Positions 21,998 to 33,327 of a stretch of DNA of 64,000 nucleotides are shown piece after piece. The translations under genes and the position numbers were made by a program. The DNA lies in NCBI GenBank assembly GCA_947479815.1, contig CANKAT010000002.1, positions 4,291 through 68,290 on the forward strand. Direction: 5' to 3'. Source of the stretch: Sphingobacteriaceae bacterium (GTDB lineage Bacteria; Bacteroidota; Bacteroidia; Sphingobacteriales; Sphingobacteriaceae). The notes beneath the pieces are model-generated. The model made no database searches. It was not told where the DNA came from and saw only the letters and a list, made by a program, of their open reading frames with translations. Every line of letters begins with the position of its first letter. The stretch's first letter is position 1.

Positions 21998-22915
21998 TTA
22001 TCTGATTGTAACCGCTTTTACAAATTGTCCGCTAGTATCAAAATGGATAGCGTATTTAGTCAGGTTGGCATCAATTAATACCAGATATCCCTTGATTGCG
22101 CTATTTGTTTTTAATTCAAAAGCTTTCTTGAAAACATAATTAGGATAGGTAGTGCTCAAGTAAGTTGTTGAAACAGCAGGTAATGCAGATGCTTCAATTG
22201 ATCTTCCTTTTGCAGGCGAAGCTGGTAAATCAGTTCGCTTAATGAAACTATTCGTAGCGCTAAATGCAGTCGCAAAATAAGTTACATTTTTACTGATTAC
22301 TACAATACTTTGATCCTTATTCACAAAAGCATGAACTATCGTATCTGCTGAATAAGTAGTAGCCATATAGGTCTTAATCAATGCAGGAATAGCACTTACT
22401 GCAATAGTATCGCGTTGCTTTCCATCTCTATGATCAAAACAACCACCGGCATGCCAACCCTCCTTACCTTTCATATTACGGCCTTCTCTCTGCTCCAGTA
22501 CCTTCACAAATACTCCAGCTGCATCAAACTTCAATGCCACAGGCTTAGCATTAAACTGAATAATCACTACAAAACTCTCAACTGCAGAAGTTGTTTCATT
22601 TGCAATCTTAAATGCCTTTTGAAAAGTATTGCCAGAATAGTTGGCATTAAGGTAAGTTGTAATAGTGGCAGAAAGGGCAGATAATTCAATAGCAGTTTTC
22701 TTATTCCCCTTTTTGCAAGCTTCCATTGCATACAAACTGTCGGATGTATTCCCAAAACCAGAAATTGCGGATGTACTAGCAATAGTTATGGCTTCAAGTT
22801 TTACAAATGCAAGTTCATTGTCTAATGAAATGTTGTCTTTTTTACAAGAGCCTAGGCTCAATAAGGCTAAACTTAATACAAGTAAAGCACTTTTGATTAG
22901 TGGATTTTTCTTCAT
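21998..22915 (-). CDS. Lipoprotein with three PepSY-like (DUF2874/BLIP-like) repeats
   Basis: Lipobox LGSC; repeats of I.(L/V/A)SA(L/I).A...TY...Y......AF and FD..G.FVK. Confidence 0.7.
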   Translation of the reverse strand: MKKNPLIKSALLVLSLALLSLGSCKKDNISLDNELAFVKLEAITIASTSAISGFGNTSDSLYAMEACKKGNKKTAIELSALSATITTYLNANYSGNTFQKAFKIANETTSAVESFVVIIQFNAKPVALKFDAAGVFVKVLEQREGRNMKGKEGWHAGGCFDHRDGKQRDTIAVSAIPALIKTYMATTYSADTIVHAFVNKDQSIVVISKNVTYFATAFSATNSFIKRTDLPASPAKGRSIEASALPAVSTTYLSTTYPNYVFKKAFELKTNSAIKGYLVLIDANLTKYAIHFDTSGQFVKAVTIR

Positions 22916-23030
22916 GTTGTTTATTTTTTATTTAAAATTATTTGGCCAAGATGAAGAGAAGATGATTTTTTATATTTTTTTTGAAATCAGCTATTTAATA
23001 CGATTAAAGAGGTAAAATTTTCTTTAAAAC

Positions 23031-23067
23031 AAAAAAGGGTATTGAAATAATCAATACCCTTTTTTTT
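23031..23067. terminator. Intrinsic terminator after slyD
   Basis: AAAAAAGGGTATTGA-AATAA-TCAATACCCTTTTTT. Confidence 0.85.
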
Positions 23068-23081
23068 AAAAACATTCTGGT

Positions 23082-23579
23082 TTAATGTGATTCATGACCA
23101 TCAGCACCATGAGCATGACCATGAGCAAGTTCATCATCAGTTGCCGGGCGAACTGAAATAATTTTTCCAATAAAATGCAGATCCTGACCAGCCATAGGAT
23201 GATTTAAATCTACAATTACAGCAGATTCTGTTATTTCTTTCACTCTTGCACTAAATTGATGACCCTGATCATCCTGCAAAGGCAAAATAGAACCGATCTC
23301 TGGAATTTCCATATCACCAAACATCTCTTTAGGAAGATCAGTAATTCTAGTTTCATCTTTCACCCCATATGCATCCTCTGCCTTAAGATGAAAATCATAG
23401 GCATCACCAATGTTCAAACCAGCCAAATTTTCTTCAAATTTTGGAAGCATCATTCCAACTCCAAATAAAAAAACTAATGGATTTTGTTCATCTGCTTTTT
23501 CTACAAATACTTCTTGATCATTTTCTTTCGTGTAAAGATCGTACGTTAGCGCTACAACGCTGTTTAATTGAATTGTCAT
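23082..23579 (-). CDS. slyD: FKBP-type peptidyl-prolyl isomerase SlyD
   Basis: DAYG, DLNHPMAGQDLHF, His-rich tail HGHAHGADGHESH. Confidence 0.92.
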   Translation of the reverse strand: MTIQLNSVVALTYDLYTKENDQEVFVEKADEQNPLVFLFGVGMMLPKFEENLAGLNIGDAYDFHLKAEDAYGVKDETRITDLPKEMFGDMEIPEIGSILPLQDDQGHQFSARVKEITESAVIVDLNHPMAGQDLHFIGKIISVRPATDDELAHGHAHGADGHESH

Positions 23580-23605
23580 TTTTAAAAAATTAAGTAATTG
23601 ACAGG

Positions 23606-25654
23606 CTAGGATTCTTTTTCACTAGCTCCCGGCGTTGTACTTGGGTTATCGATTTGTTTAATTGCGTCAATCACCTCAATTACAGGTAATAAACATGTTT
23701 TGTTTTGGCACACATAGATTTTTGTTTCTGAGGCCCATTTATCTTTAAGCAAAGGTAATGTTCCTGAAGAACCTCCCAAAAGTATTTTGTTAGGAATATA
23801 ATATTTTTCTAATTCTATTCTTTTTTCTTCAGCAGCAATTCCAGTTATAGCAATTTCATATACTCCAAAAACATGGTATAATAATAAGGATGCCCAGTTA
23901 GAATAACCAGATCCATAGGTTTTGATTTGAGGGTGTACATTTCGCAACATCTGTCTTGAAATAGTTAAATACTCCTTTTGATCATAAAAATGGCCCATTT
24001 TAAACAGGTTATGAGCCATCATTGAATTAGAAGATGGTATTACATTGTCAATTATTTCCTGTTTTCTAGCAATTAACTGCTCACCTGACCTCGCGGTATA
24101 AAAGAACATGCCACTTTTTTCATCATAAAATTCTGAAATCGCATATTCGGTAAGCTGTTTTGCAATTTGAAGATACGATTCATCAAAACATGCTTCATAA
24201 AGGCCGATCAAGCCATCAATAACAAATGCATAATCATCAAGAAAGGCTACTGAATCATCTTTTTGATCCATATTTGCATTATAAACTCGTGTCAGTTCAT
24301 TCGAATTGATTAGCTTTTTACAAATAAAATCAGCACTTGCTTTTGCAATTGCAAGAAATTTAGAATCGCCAAAAACTCGGTAAGCATCTGAGTAAGCTTT
24401 CAACATCATCCCATTCCAGGATGCAAGAATTTTATTATCCAAACCAGGGCGGATACGCGAAGAACGAGCATGAAGGAGCTTAGACTTAGCGAGAGTAATC
24501 TTGCTTTCTAATTCAGCAACTGAAATACCTAATTGCAGTGCTAAGTCGGCATTTTCAAATTTCCGGTTAAAAACATTAGTGCCCTCTTCAACCCAATTTC
24601 CTTCATCGGTTACTTGGTAGAAAATACTGAACAGCGCTTCGTCATCTCCTAAAATTGTTTTTATTTCATCCTTCGTAAAAGAATAAAATTTACCTTCTAC
24701 ACCTTCACTATCGGCATCAATGGCAGAATAAAAACCACCATTTGCAGCGGTCATTTCTCTTTCAATAAATTCTAAACATTCAAAAACAACATGCTTATAA
24801 ATTGGGTCAGGCGTATATTGAAATGCTTCAGCATAAAGCGATACGAGTTGAGCATTGTCGTACAACATTTTCTCAAAATGAGGAATATGCCATCTTCCAT
24901 CAACTGAATACCGAGCAAAACCACCCCCTATCTGATCATAAATTCCGCCAAATGCCATTTTTTGTAAGGTAACACGACTAGCGGTATGTGCCACATCATC
25001 ATCCATTAAATGTGCATAGCGTAGCATAAATTGCCAGTTGTTGGGGAGCGGGAATTTGGGGATACGATTATATCCGCCTTCTACCAGGTCAAAAGAACGC
25101 TTCCATGTATCAAAAATAGCTAGAACATCTGCTTTAGAATATTCAACTTCTTCTGCGATTTTGACAAGAAGTTCACTCGTATTAATTCCTTCAGTTAGCC
25201 TTACAGCATAAGCAACTGCTTCATCAGGTTTTTTTTGCCAATAGTCGGCTAGATTTCTCAATAAACTTTTCCAATCTTCCTTTTTGAAATAGGTGCCTCC
25301 GTAAATTGGACGCTGATCAGGTAAACAAAAACAATTCAATGGCCAGCCACCACTGCCAGTCATTAATTGAACCGCATCCATATAAATCTGATCAATATCG
25401 GGGCGAACCTCACGATCTATCTTAATACAAACAAAAAAACTGTTCATAATATCGGCCACGTCTTGGTCTTCAAAGCTTTCATGCTCCATAACATGACACC
25501 AGTGACAAGCAGAATACCCGATACTCACTAAAATAAGCTTATTTTCATTTTTAGCTTTTGATAAAGCTTCTTCACCCCATGGAAACCAATCAACAGGATT
25601 GTTCGCATGTTGCAGAAGATAGGGGGATGTCTGATTTTTTAATCTATTTGACAT
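23606..25654 (-). CDS. Thioredoxin-domain protein, YyaL/SSP411 (DUF255) family
   Basis: [40 protein letters not shown]. Confidence 0.92.
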   Translation of the reverse strand: MSNRLKNQTSPYLLQHANNPVDWFPWGEEALSKAKNENKLILVSIGYSACHWCHVMEHESFEDQDVADIMNSFFVCIKIDREVRPDIDQIYMDAVQLMTGSGGWPLNCFCLPDQRPIYGGTYFKKEDWKSLLRNLADYWQKKPDEAVAYAVRLTEGINTSELLVKIAEEVEYSKADVLAIFDTWKRSFDLVEGGYNRIPKFPLPNNWQFMLRYAHLMDDDVAHTASRVTLQKMAFGGIYDQIGGGFARYSVDGRWHIPHFEKMLYDNAQLVSLYAEAFQYTPDPIYKHVVFECLEFIEREMTAANGGFYSAIDADSEGVEGKFYSFTKDEIKTILGDDEALFSIFYQVTDEGNWVEEGTNVFNRKFENADLALQLGISVAELESKITLAKSKLLHARSSRIRPGLDNKILASWNGMMLKAYSDAYRVFGDSKFLAIAKASADFICKKLINSNELTRVYNANMDQKDDSVAFLDDYAFVIDGLIGLYEACFDESYLQIAKQLTEYAISEFYDEKSGMFFYTARSGEQLIARKQEIIDNVIPSSNSMMAHNLFKMGHFYDQKEYLTISRQMLRNVHPQIKTYGSGYSNWASLLLYHVFGVYEIAITGIAAEEKRIELEKYYIPNKILLGGSSGTLPLLKDKWASETKIYVCQNKTCLLPVIEVIDAIKQIDNPSTTPGASEKES

Positions 25655-25671
25655 TTAATTCTATTTAAATG

Positions 25672-25679
25672 CAAAAATA
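25672..25679 (-). promoter_or_regulatory. -7 element TATTTTTG for the yyaL-like/slyD unit
   Basis: Exact consensus 17 nt upstream of the ATG. Confidence 0.55.
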
Positions 25680-25786
25680 ATCATTTACCCTTTCCTATTG
25701 GGCACAATACTTCATGTGTATTGTTATTTGTGCCTTGGTTTATAGAATTAATTTCCCTGATCAGACATAAAGTACTAAATTTCGCT

Positions 25787-26884
25787 ATGAAAATTACCCA
25801 CATAGATATATACAGATTTAGTATTCCGATGGAGCCTTTTGTAATTGCAACTGGAACAATGGATTGTGCTCAGAATGTATTCATTCGTGTTCATACCGAT
25901 ACTAATCTTTATGGCGTTGGAGAATGTTCTGCCTTTCCAATGATTGTTGGCGAAACTCAGGAAACTTGTCTGGCTATGGCCAAAGATTTTGCAAGAATTT
26001 GGAAAGGGAAAGATGCCCATGATATTCCTGCTCGCCTTCAAGATCTCCATAATTACGCAGCATACAACCCCACTATCAAAAGTGCATTTGATATGGCACT
26101 CTATGACCTTGCAGCAAAAAATCAGGATCAACCACTTTATAAATATCTGGGCGGATTAAAGAAACCTATTGAGACAGACATGACCATAGGAATTGGCAGC
26201 GCAGATGAAATGGCTTTGCTAGCTATTAAATATAAACAGCAAGGAGTAAGCATTTTAAAGATAAAACTTGGCAAGAAACCTGCAACAGATATAGAAAGAA
26301 TACGAAAAATACGAGAGGCTGTAGGTAGTGCCATGGTCATACGCATTGATGCCAATCAAGGTTGGACATTTGATGAAGCAAGCTATTGTTTAAATGAGTT
26401 GAGCAAGTTTGACATCGAATTTTGTGAACAACCCATGCGTACCTATTATGATGATTATCTGCCTGAATTAAGAAAAAAGACCTCGATCAAGATCATGGTA
26501 GATGAAAGTTGTTACAATCATCATGATGCAAGAAAGCTAATAAACTCCAATTCCTGCGACCTGATTAATATTAAGTTTGCCAAGTCGAGTGGCATACATG
26601 AGAGTTTAGAAATTTATAAAATTGCAACTGATTCTGGAGTTCCCTGTATGATTGGAGGCATGCTTGAAAGCAGGATTGCGCTTAGTGCAAATTTACATTT
26701 TGCATATGCATGTCCAACAATTAAATATTATGATATGGACACTTGTATGCTTGGTCATTTAGTAGATCCGGTTGTGGGTGGAGTAACTTACAACGGATTT
26801 TTTCTTGACATTCCTGATACTCCTGGATTAGGAGCTGATGCAGATGAGGTTTTTTTAAAAACCTGCGAAATGTGGAGAATTTAA
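25787..26884 (+). CDS. Dipeptide (L-Ala-D/L-Glu) epimerase, enolase superfamily
   Basis: KIK, DAN, EQP, DE, NIK and DMD motifs; start MKITH at 25787. Confidence 0.88.
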   Translation: MKITHIDIYRFSIPMEPFVIATGTMDCAQNVFIRVHTDTNLYGVGECSAFPMIVGETQETCLAMAKDFARIWKGKDAHDIPARLQDLHNYAAYNPTIKSAFDMALYDLAAKNQDQPLYKYLGGLKKPIETDMTIGIGSADEMALLAIKYKQQGVSILKIKLGKKPATDIERIRKIREAVGSAMVIRIDANQGWTFDEASYCLNELSKFDIEFCEQPMRTYYDDYLPELRKKTSIKIMVDESCYNHHDARKLINSNSCDLINIKFAKSSGIHESLEIYKIATDSGVPCMIGGMLESRIALSANLHFAYACPTIKYYDMDTCMLGHLVDPVVGGVTYNGFFLDIPDTPGLGADADEVFLKTCEMWRI

Positions 26885-26887
26885 TAA

Positions 26888-26930
26888 TTAATATCTCATT
26901 CCGGCCAGAATTTCCAGAATGAGATATTAA
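26888..26930. terminator. Inverted repeat / bidirectional terminator between convergent genes
   Basis: TTAATATCTCATTC ... GAATGAGATATTAA, 14-bp arms. Confidence 0.7.
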
Positions 26931-26939
26931 GGTTCAGTA

Positions 26940-28310
26940 TTATTTGCTTAACTCAGCAAAGTATTTGTGGAAAAGAGGAATAGTTTCTATCCCCTTATAA
27001 AAATTAGCAATATCAAATTTTTCATTCGGTGAATGAAGATTATCACTATCCAAACCAAAACCCATTAAAACAGTTTTTATACCTAACTCCTTTTCGAATA
27101 AAGCTACAATTGGTATACTGCCACCACCTCGGGTTGGTATGGGTTCTTTTCCGAATGATTCTAAAATTGCTTTTTGTGCGGCTTTGTATGCGATACTATC
27201 GGTTGGCGTGACAACAGGTTCTCCGCCATGATGAGGGGTAACCTTCACTTTTACACTTTTTGGAGCAATACCTTCGAAGTGGTCCTTAAACAATTTAGTA
27301 ATCTTATCTGATTGCTGATTAGGAACAAGTCGCATCGAAATTTTAGCGTATGCTTTTGAGGGTAAAACCGTTTTAGCACCTTCACCGATATAGCCTCCCC
27401 ATATTCCATTTACTTCAAGAGTTGGGCGCGTACCCGTACGTTCTAATGTTGTATACCCTTTTTCACCCCATAACTCATCAACTTTAAGGTCAATTTTGTA
27501 CTCATTTTCATTGTATGGGGCTTTATTTAGCATTTCACGTTCTGTAGCACTCAGTTCTATCACATCATCATAAAAACCAGGAATTGTGATGTGATTGTTT
27601 TCATCATGCATGGATGCGATAAGCTTTGCAAGAATAGTTGCTGGATTTGCAACAGCACCACCATAAACCCCAGAGTGCAGGTCGCGATCTGGCCCGGAAA
27701 CTTCAACCTCAACATAAGAGAGTCCACGTAAACCAGTTTCAAGTGAAGGATGTTCCAGACTGATCATGGAGGTGTCCGATATTAATACAACATCTGCTTT
27801 TAACCGTTCTTTATTATTATTAACAAAAATTCCAAGATTACTTGAGCCAACTTCTTCTTCACCTTCAATCATGAATTTTATATTACAAGGAAGCGTATTT
27901 GTACGCATCATAAGCTCAAAAGCCTTTACGTGCATGTAGAATTGACCCTTATCATCGCAGGCACCCCGAGCATAAATCTTTTGATCTCGTATTGTTGGTT
28001 CAAATGGCGGGGTTTTCCATAATTCAAGAGGGTCTGGCGGCTGAACATCATAATGCCCATAAACCAAAACCGTTGGTAGTGAACCATCCAGAATTTTCTG
28101 GCCATAAACTATCGGATATCCCGCTGTAGGACAAATTTCTACCAAATCTGCTCCAGCAATCTTTAGCTTTTCTGCGACAAACTCAGCAGTTTTGAGCATT
28201 TCATCCTTAAATTTTTGATCTGCACTGATAGATGGAAATCTAAGCAGCTCGAAAAGTTCATCTAAGAAGCGTTGCTTATTATCATTAACATACTTTCTTA
28301 TGTCTTGCAT
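26940..28310 (-). CDS. M20 family dipeptidase
   Basis: YGHYDVQP, ARGACDDKGQ, EGEEE, HSPNE. Confidence 0.92.
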   Translation of the reverse strand: MQDIRKYVNDNKQRFLDELFELLRFPSISADQKFKDEMLKTAEFVAEKLKIAGADLVEICPTAGYPIVYGQKILDGSLPTVLVYGHYDVQPPDPLELWKTPPFEPTIRDQKIYARGACDDKGQFYMHVKAFELMMRTNTLPCNIKFMIEGEEEVGSSNLGIFVNNNKERLKADVVLISDTSMISLEHPSLETGLRGLSYVEVEVSGPDRDLHSGVYGGAVANPATILAKLIASMHDENNHITIPGFYDDVIELSATEREMLNKAPYNENEYKIDLKVDELWGEKGYTTLERTGTRPTLEVNGIWGGYIGEGAKTVLPSKAYAKISMRLVPNQQSDKITKLFKDHFEGIAPKSVKVKVTPHHGGEPVVTPTDSIAYKAAQKAILESFGKEPIPTRGGGSIPIVALFEKELGIKTVLMGFGLDSDNLHSPNEKFDIANFYKGIETIPLFHKYFAELSK

Positions 28311-28326
28311 ATCATTGGTTTTGCTA

Positions 28327-28334
28327 CAAAGATA
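28327..28334 (-). promoter_or_regulatory. -7 element TATCTTTG for the dipeptidase
   Basis: Exact consensus 16 nt upstream of the ATG. Confidence 0.6.
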
Positions 28335-28612
28335 TAAATCTAATTCTAGCCAAAAACGGGTAAAAAAAAAATTAGCAAGAAAATAATCATTCCAATAACC
28401 AAACGGATATGGCTTAACTATTAATAATGAAAGCTTTTTGAGCAGGTTTATCTTTTCAATCCTTCACAATTAATCATATAATTTCAATCAAACAGTTGTT
28501 CATCTCATTTTTTATTAAATTCAAGTTCAATGGTGGAGAAATTCTCCATAGACCTAAACCTCTAATCTCAAATCTCTTTAGTAATTTAGCAGAAAAAAAA
28601 CAGGCATAAATT

Positions 28613-30883
28613 TTGGATTATTTAGATGGATTGAATCCTTCCCAAAGGGCGGCAGTTGAGCAGACCGAAGGTGCAGTAATGATAGTGGCTGGTGCAGGAT
28701 CAGGTAAAACACGGGTAATTACCTATCGCGTAGCACACTTGATCAGAAAAGATGTAGACCCCTTTAATATTCTGGTACTTACTTTTACCAATAAAGCTGC
28801 AAAAGAAATGCGGGAACGCATTATGAAAGTAGTTGGGAACGAGGCCAAAAACATCTGGATGGGAACCTTTCATTCGGTTTTTGCAAAGCTTCTTAGAGTA
28901 GAATCAACAAAGATTGGTTATCCAAGTAATTTTACAATTTATGATACTGATGATAGCAAAAGTTTGATAAGATCAATCATCAAAGAAAAGCAACTTGATG
29001 AAAAACTCTATAATGTCAATTTTGTTTACAATCGCATTTCATCATCTAAGAATAATCTCGTTTCTCCAGCAGCTTATTTACAAAACGCTCAAATTCAGGC
29101 TGAAGATTTTTCAACCGGACGGGGAAGCATCGGTGAACTATACCAAATATACGCTCAACGATGTTTTAAGTCTGGAGCAATGGACTTCGATGACCTTCTA
29201 TACAAAACCAATGTACTTTTAAGAGAACACCCTGAGGTTTTATATAAATACCAGAATAAATTCAAGTATTTAATGGTAGATGAGTACCAGGATACCAATT
29301 ATTCACAATACCTCATCGTAAAAAAACTTGCCGCAAACAATGAAAATATTTGTGTGGTTGGTGATGATGCACAAAGTATATATGCGTTTAGAGGAGCGAA
29401 TATTCAAAACATACTCAACTTTGAAAAAGATTACCCAGATCTGAAAGTATATAAATTAGAACAGAATTATCGGTCTACACAAAATATTGTCAACGTAGCC
29501 AATAGCATTATTGCAAACAATAAAAATCAACTTAAAAAGTCTGTCTTTTCTGAAAATGAAACAGGCGATAAAATAAAAGTATGCAGAGCCTTCAGCGATA
29601 ATGAGGAGGGCAAGATAGTTGCTGAAGCAATTGCCCAGGAGCATGCTCTAAAAGGTTGCCAATACCATGATTTTGCTATCCTTTATCGTACAAACGCTCA
29701 GTCAAGAGCAATGGAAGAAGCCCTTAGAAAGTTAAATGTTCCATACAAAATTTATGGTGGTCTGTCATTTTATCAACGTAAAGAAATCAAAGACCTGATT
29801 GCTTACTTCAGACTGACATTCAACCCTAACGACGAAGAAGCAATAAAAAGAATAATTAATTACCCTCGCCGTGGTATTGGAGATACAACCATTGAGCGAA
29901 TTATGGTTGCGGCTGATCAAAACAATATGACCTTATGGGAAATTATTTGCGATGCTCCGAAGTATCTTGACTCCCGAAGCTCTGGCGCAGTTGCAACTTT
30001 CGCATTACTTATTCAAAGTTTTCAGGTAATGACAAAAACTCATTCTGCATATGATACAGCCTTACATATTGCACAGCATTCTACCCTACTTAAAGATCTG
30101 TATTCAGATAAATCAGTTGAAGGCTTAAGCAGGTATGAAAATATTCAGGAATTACTAAATGGTATCAAAGAATTCAGTGAACGTGAAGATATTGAAGAAA
30201 GAGGCCTTGATATTTTTATGCAGGATATCGCTCTTCTGACCAATGACGACAATGATAAAAATCCGGATGCCGATACGGTATCATTAATGACCATTCATTC
30301 AGCAAAAGGATTAGAGTTTGACAATGTTTTTGTTGTAGGATTGGAAGAGAATTTATTCCCATCCCAAATGTCTTTAAGTTCAAGGACAGATCTTGAGGAA
30401 GAACGTAGGTTATTTTATGTTGGAATAACGCGTGCTGGTAAAAGACTTACTCTTTCATATGCAACATCGCGTTACCGTTGGGGTACTTTAACCAGCTGTG
30501 AACCTAGCCGGTTTATTGAAGAAATTGATGCCCGCTACCTTGAACTTGACTTTAAACAAGCTCAGAAAAAATCAGATAACCCATTCTTGGATGAAGATCG
30601 ATCAGCCTGGCAACAAAAGGAAATGTTTAGCAAACCTAAACCGCATTCTTCAGTAAAAACAAGTTCAATTTTACCGAAAGCCCATGTACCTAGTGCAGGC
30701 TTCAGCCCTTCTGACACATCGGGATTACAAGTGGGAATGGAAGTAGAACATGAACGATTTGGTTTTGGAAAAGTTATACAAATGGAAGGCAACAAACCAG
30801 ACCTAAAAGCAGTAATATTCTTTAAAGATTTAGGACAGAAGCAATTATTATTAAAATTTGCTAAATTGAAAATTATAAAATAA
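28613..30883 (+). CDS. uvrD: UvrD/PcrA ATP-dependent DNA helicase (TTG start)
   Basis: AGAGSGKT, TFTNKAA, VDEYQD, QNYRST, TIHSAKGLEF, EERRLFYV, C-terminal Tudor-like H.RFG.G. Confidence 0.93.
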   Translation: MDYLDGLNPSQRAAVEQTEGAVMIVAGAGSGKTRVITYRVAHLIRKDVDPFNILVLTFTNKAAKEMRERIMKVVGNEAKNIWMGTFHSVFAKLLRVESTKIGYPSNFTIYDTDDSKSLIRSIIKEKQLDEKLYNVNFVYNRISSSKNNLVSPAAYLQNAQIQAEDFSTGRGSIGELYQIYAQRCFKSGAMDFDDLLYKTNVLLREHPEVLYKYQNKFKYLMVDEYQDTNYSQYLIVKKLAANNENICVVGDDAQSIYAFRGANIQNILNFEKDYPDLKVYKLEQNYRSTQNIVNVANSIIANNKNQLKKSVFSENETGDKIKVCRAFSDNEEGKIVAEAIAQEHALKGCQYHDFAILYRTNAQSRAMEEALRKLNVPYKIYGGLSFYQRKEIKDLIAYFRLTFNPNDEEAIKRIINYPRRGIGDTTIERIMVAADQNNMTLWEIICDAPKYLDSRSSGAVATFALLIQSFQVMTKTHSAYDTALHIAQHSTLLKDLYSDKSVEGLSRYENIQELLNGIKEFSEREDIEERGLDIFMQDIALLTNDDNDKNPDADTVSLMTIHSAKGLEFDNVFVVGLEENLFPSQMSLSSRTDLEEERRLFYVGITRAGKRLTLSYATSRYRWGTLTSCEPSRFIEEIDARYLELDFKQAQKKSDNPFLDEDRSAWQQKEMFSKPKPHSSVKTSSILPKAHVPSAGFSPSDTSGLQVGMEVEHERFGFGKVIQMEGNKPDLKAVIFFKDLGQKQLLLKFAKLKIIK

Positions 30884-30946
30884 AAACAAAATCGCAATTT
30901 AAGGCATATAAACTGCATATTTGTACCTCCTAATAATACAATTACA

Positions 30947-31624
30947 ATGACATTCGATTATAATACCACCAGGAAAAAATTAATATTAGCCGAATATGGA
31001 CGTAATGTTCAAAATATGGTGAAATATATTGTTGATTTACCTACCAAGGATGAAAGAAATCGTTATGCTCAGGTAGTTATTGATTTGATGGGTTTCTTAA
31101 ACCCTCATCTTCGTGATGTAGCTGATTTTAAACATAAATTATGGGATCATTTACATATCATCTCTGATTTTAAAATCGATGTAGATTCGCCTTATCCTAA
31201 ACCATCTGAAGATGCCATTAGGTTTAAACCTGCGCCTCTATCTTATCCTCAACAACGTATTAAATATAAACATTACGGTAAAACGGTTGAGTTAATGATT
31301 AGCAGAGCCAAGGCTATTGAAGAACCAGAGCGTAAAAAAGCAATGGTGCAATCAATCGCTAATTTCATGAAAATGGCCTATGTAACTTGGAATAAGGATA
31401 GCGTTGCTGATGAAACAATTATAAAAGATCTTCGTGAAATGTCAAATGGAGAACTGCAACTTGAAGAAAATGTTAATCTACAACGAGTTGAGGTAAGACA
31501 AGTAGTTTCTCCAAGTAGACAACGAAATTCGAACCAAAATAAAGGAAGGCAAAATACTAACCGGAATACACCTGGAACAAATCGCCAAAGAACAAACAAT
31601 TCTGGTGGTAGCAAACGTTACTAA
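30947..31624 (+). CDS. DUF4290 family protein
   Basis: YNT.R..L...EYGRNVQ.MV, KLWDHL; N/R-rich low-complexity tail; usual Bacteroidota position upstream of murA. Confidence 0.82.
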   Translation: MTFDYNTTRKKLILAEYGRNVQNMVKYIVDLPTKDERNRYAQVVIDLMGFLNPHLRDVADFKHKLWDHLHIISDFKIDVDSPYPKPSEDAIRFKPAPLSYPQQRIKYKHYGKTVELMISRAKAIEEPERKKAMVQSIANFMKMAYVTWNKDSVADETIIKDLREMSNGELQLEENVNLQRVEVRQVVSPSRQRNSNQNKGRQNTNRNTPGTNRQRTNNSGGSKRY

Positions 31625-31774
31625 CTTTATTCTGAACAATAATTTAATTAGGATCCCGTCATTGCCCAAGTTAAAAACTATACAATTTCATTTTATTTAA
31701 GGAACAAAAGCTAGTTTTTGTAAATTAGTGGCTTGTCCAATATCTAATCAATTATATAAAATCTCGCAGTACAA

Positions 31775-33100
31775 ATGAACGCATTTGAAATTGTTGGTGG
31801 CAAGCCACTAAAAGGTGAAATAATACCTCAGGGCGCAAAAAACGAAGCATTACAAATCATTTCAGCTGTTCTTCTAACTGAAGAAAAAATCACAATCAGT
31901 AATATTCCTGACATAAAGGATGTTAACAAACTGATTGAACTGATTGGCGACCTTGGCGTAAAAGTTGAACGGCTAAGCAAAGATACCTATACATTTGAGG
32001 CAAAAAATATCAATCTAGATTTCTTTCAATCTGAATCATTCAGAGCAAAAGGAGGAAGCTTACGAGGTTCAATAATGATTGTTGGGCCATTATTAGCTCG
32101 TTTTGGTAAAGCTGCTATACCAAAACCTGGGGGTGATAAAATAGGGCGGAGAAGACTTGATACACACTTTCTAGGTTTTGAAAAACTAGGTGCTAAATTC
32201 ATCTATGACAAGAAAACAAATTTCTTTAATGTTGACGCGAGTAATCTAAAAGGAGCTTATATTTTACTGGATGAAGCATCCGTTACAGGAACTGCAAATG
32301 TGGTTATGGCTGCAGTTTTAGCGAAAGGTACAACAACCATTTATAACGCTGCATGCGAACCTTACCTACAACAATTGTGTAAAATGCTTAACCGCATGGG
32401 TGCAAAAATTACTGGGGTAGGTTCTAACTTACTTAAAATTGAAGGTGTAACCAAACTCAGCGGCACAGAACATCGCCTATTGCCCGATATGATTGAAATT
32501 GGATCATTCATCGGTCTTGCAGCCATGACTGAATCTGAAATAACTATTAAAAATGTTCGCTTTGAAGAACTCGGAATGATTCCTGAGGTATTCAGAAAGC
32601 TAGGTATAAAATTTGAATTAAGAGGCGACGATATCTTTATTCCGTCACAAAAACATTATGAAGTGGAAACCTTCATTGATGGATCAATTATGACTATTGC
32701 TGATGCCCCTTGGCCTGGATTCACACCCGATCTCTTAAGCATCATGCTTGTAATAGCAACACAAGCAAAAGGTAATGTTTTGATTCACCAGAAGATGTTT
32801 GAGAGCCGTCTATTCTTTGTCGATAAATTAATAGATATGGGTGCCCAGATTATTTTATGTGACCCGCATAGAGCCACGGTAATAGGCCTTGATAAAAAAG
32901 TAAAACTTCGTGGAATAGAAATGACTTCACCAGATATCAGAGCCGGTGTATCCTTACTTATTGCAGCTCTTTCAGCTCAGGGAACTTCTATAATCTATAA
33001 TATCGAACAAATAGAACGCGGTTATCAGGATATTGATATCCGCCTTAGAGCTCTAGGTGCTGATATTAGAAGGATTGAAGCCAGTGCTAAAGGACATTAA
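31775..33100 (+). CDS. murA: UDP-N-acetylglucosamine 1-carboxyvinyltransferase
   Basis: GAKN, PGGDKIGRR, SVTGT, WPGFTPD, DIRAG, IERGY. Confidence 0.96.
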   Translation: MNAFEIVGGKPLKGEIIPQGAKNEALQIISAVLLTEEKITISNIPDIKDVNKLIELIGDLGVKVERLSKDTYTFEAKNINLDFFQSESFRAKGGSLRGSIMIVGPLLARFGKAAIPKPGGDKIGRRRLDTHFLGFEKLGAKFIYDKKTNFFNVDASNLKGAYILLDEASVTGTANVVMAAVLAKGTTTIYNAACEPYLQQLCKMLNRMGAKITGVGSNLLKIEGVTKLSGTEHRLLPDMIEIGSFIGLAAMTESEITIKNVRFEELGMIPEVFRKLGIKFELRGDDIFIPSQKHYEVETFIDGSIMTIADAPWPGFTPDLLSIMLVIATQAKGNVLIHQKMFESRLFFVDKLIDMGAQIILCDPHRATVIGLDKKVKLRGIEMTSPDIRAGVSLLIAALSAQGTSIIYNIEQIERGYQDIDIRLRALGADIRRIEASAKGH

Positions 33101-33327
33101 ACAAACATATTTAAAGCAATGTCGAGAATAAGACATTGATAACAATGATCTTTAATTTATTCTTAGTCAGTGTGTTTTTAACAAACAGGAAATTCCCTAA
33201 TTGGGATAAGTTCTAATAAAATTGCTAAGGCCCTAAACAGAGTTAATCAATCCAATTGATAGATGGTTTTCCGTATACTCGTACTATTGCTTAGACATAC
33301 CTCAAAAACACGTATCAATTACTATTC

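Noticed and set aside
28550..28578. Short CT-rich repeats (CCTAAACCTCTAATCTCAAATCTC) upstream of uvrD
   Set aside because: Too short and irregular to distinguish from low-complexity sequence
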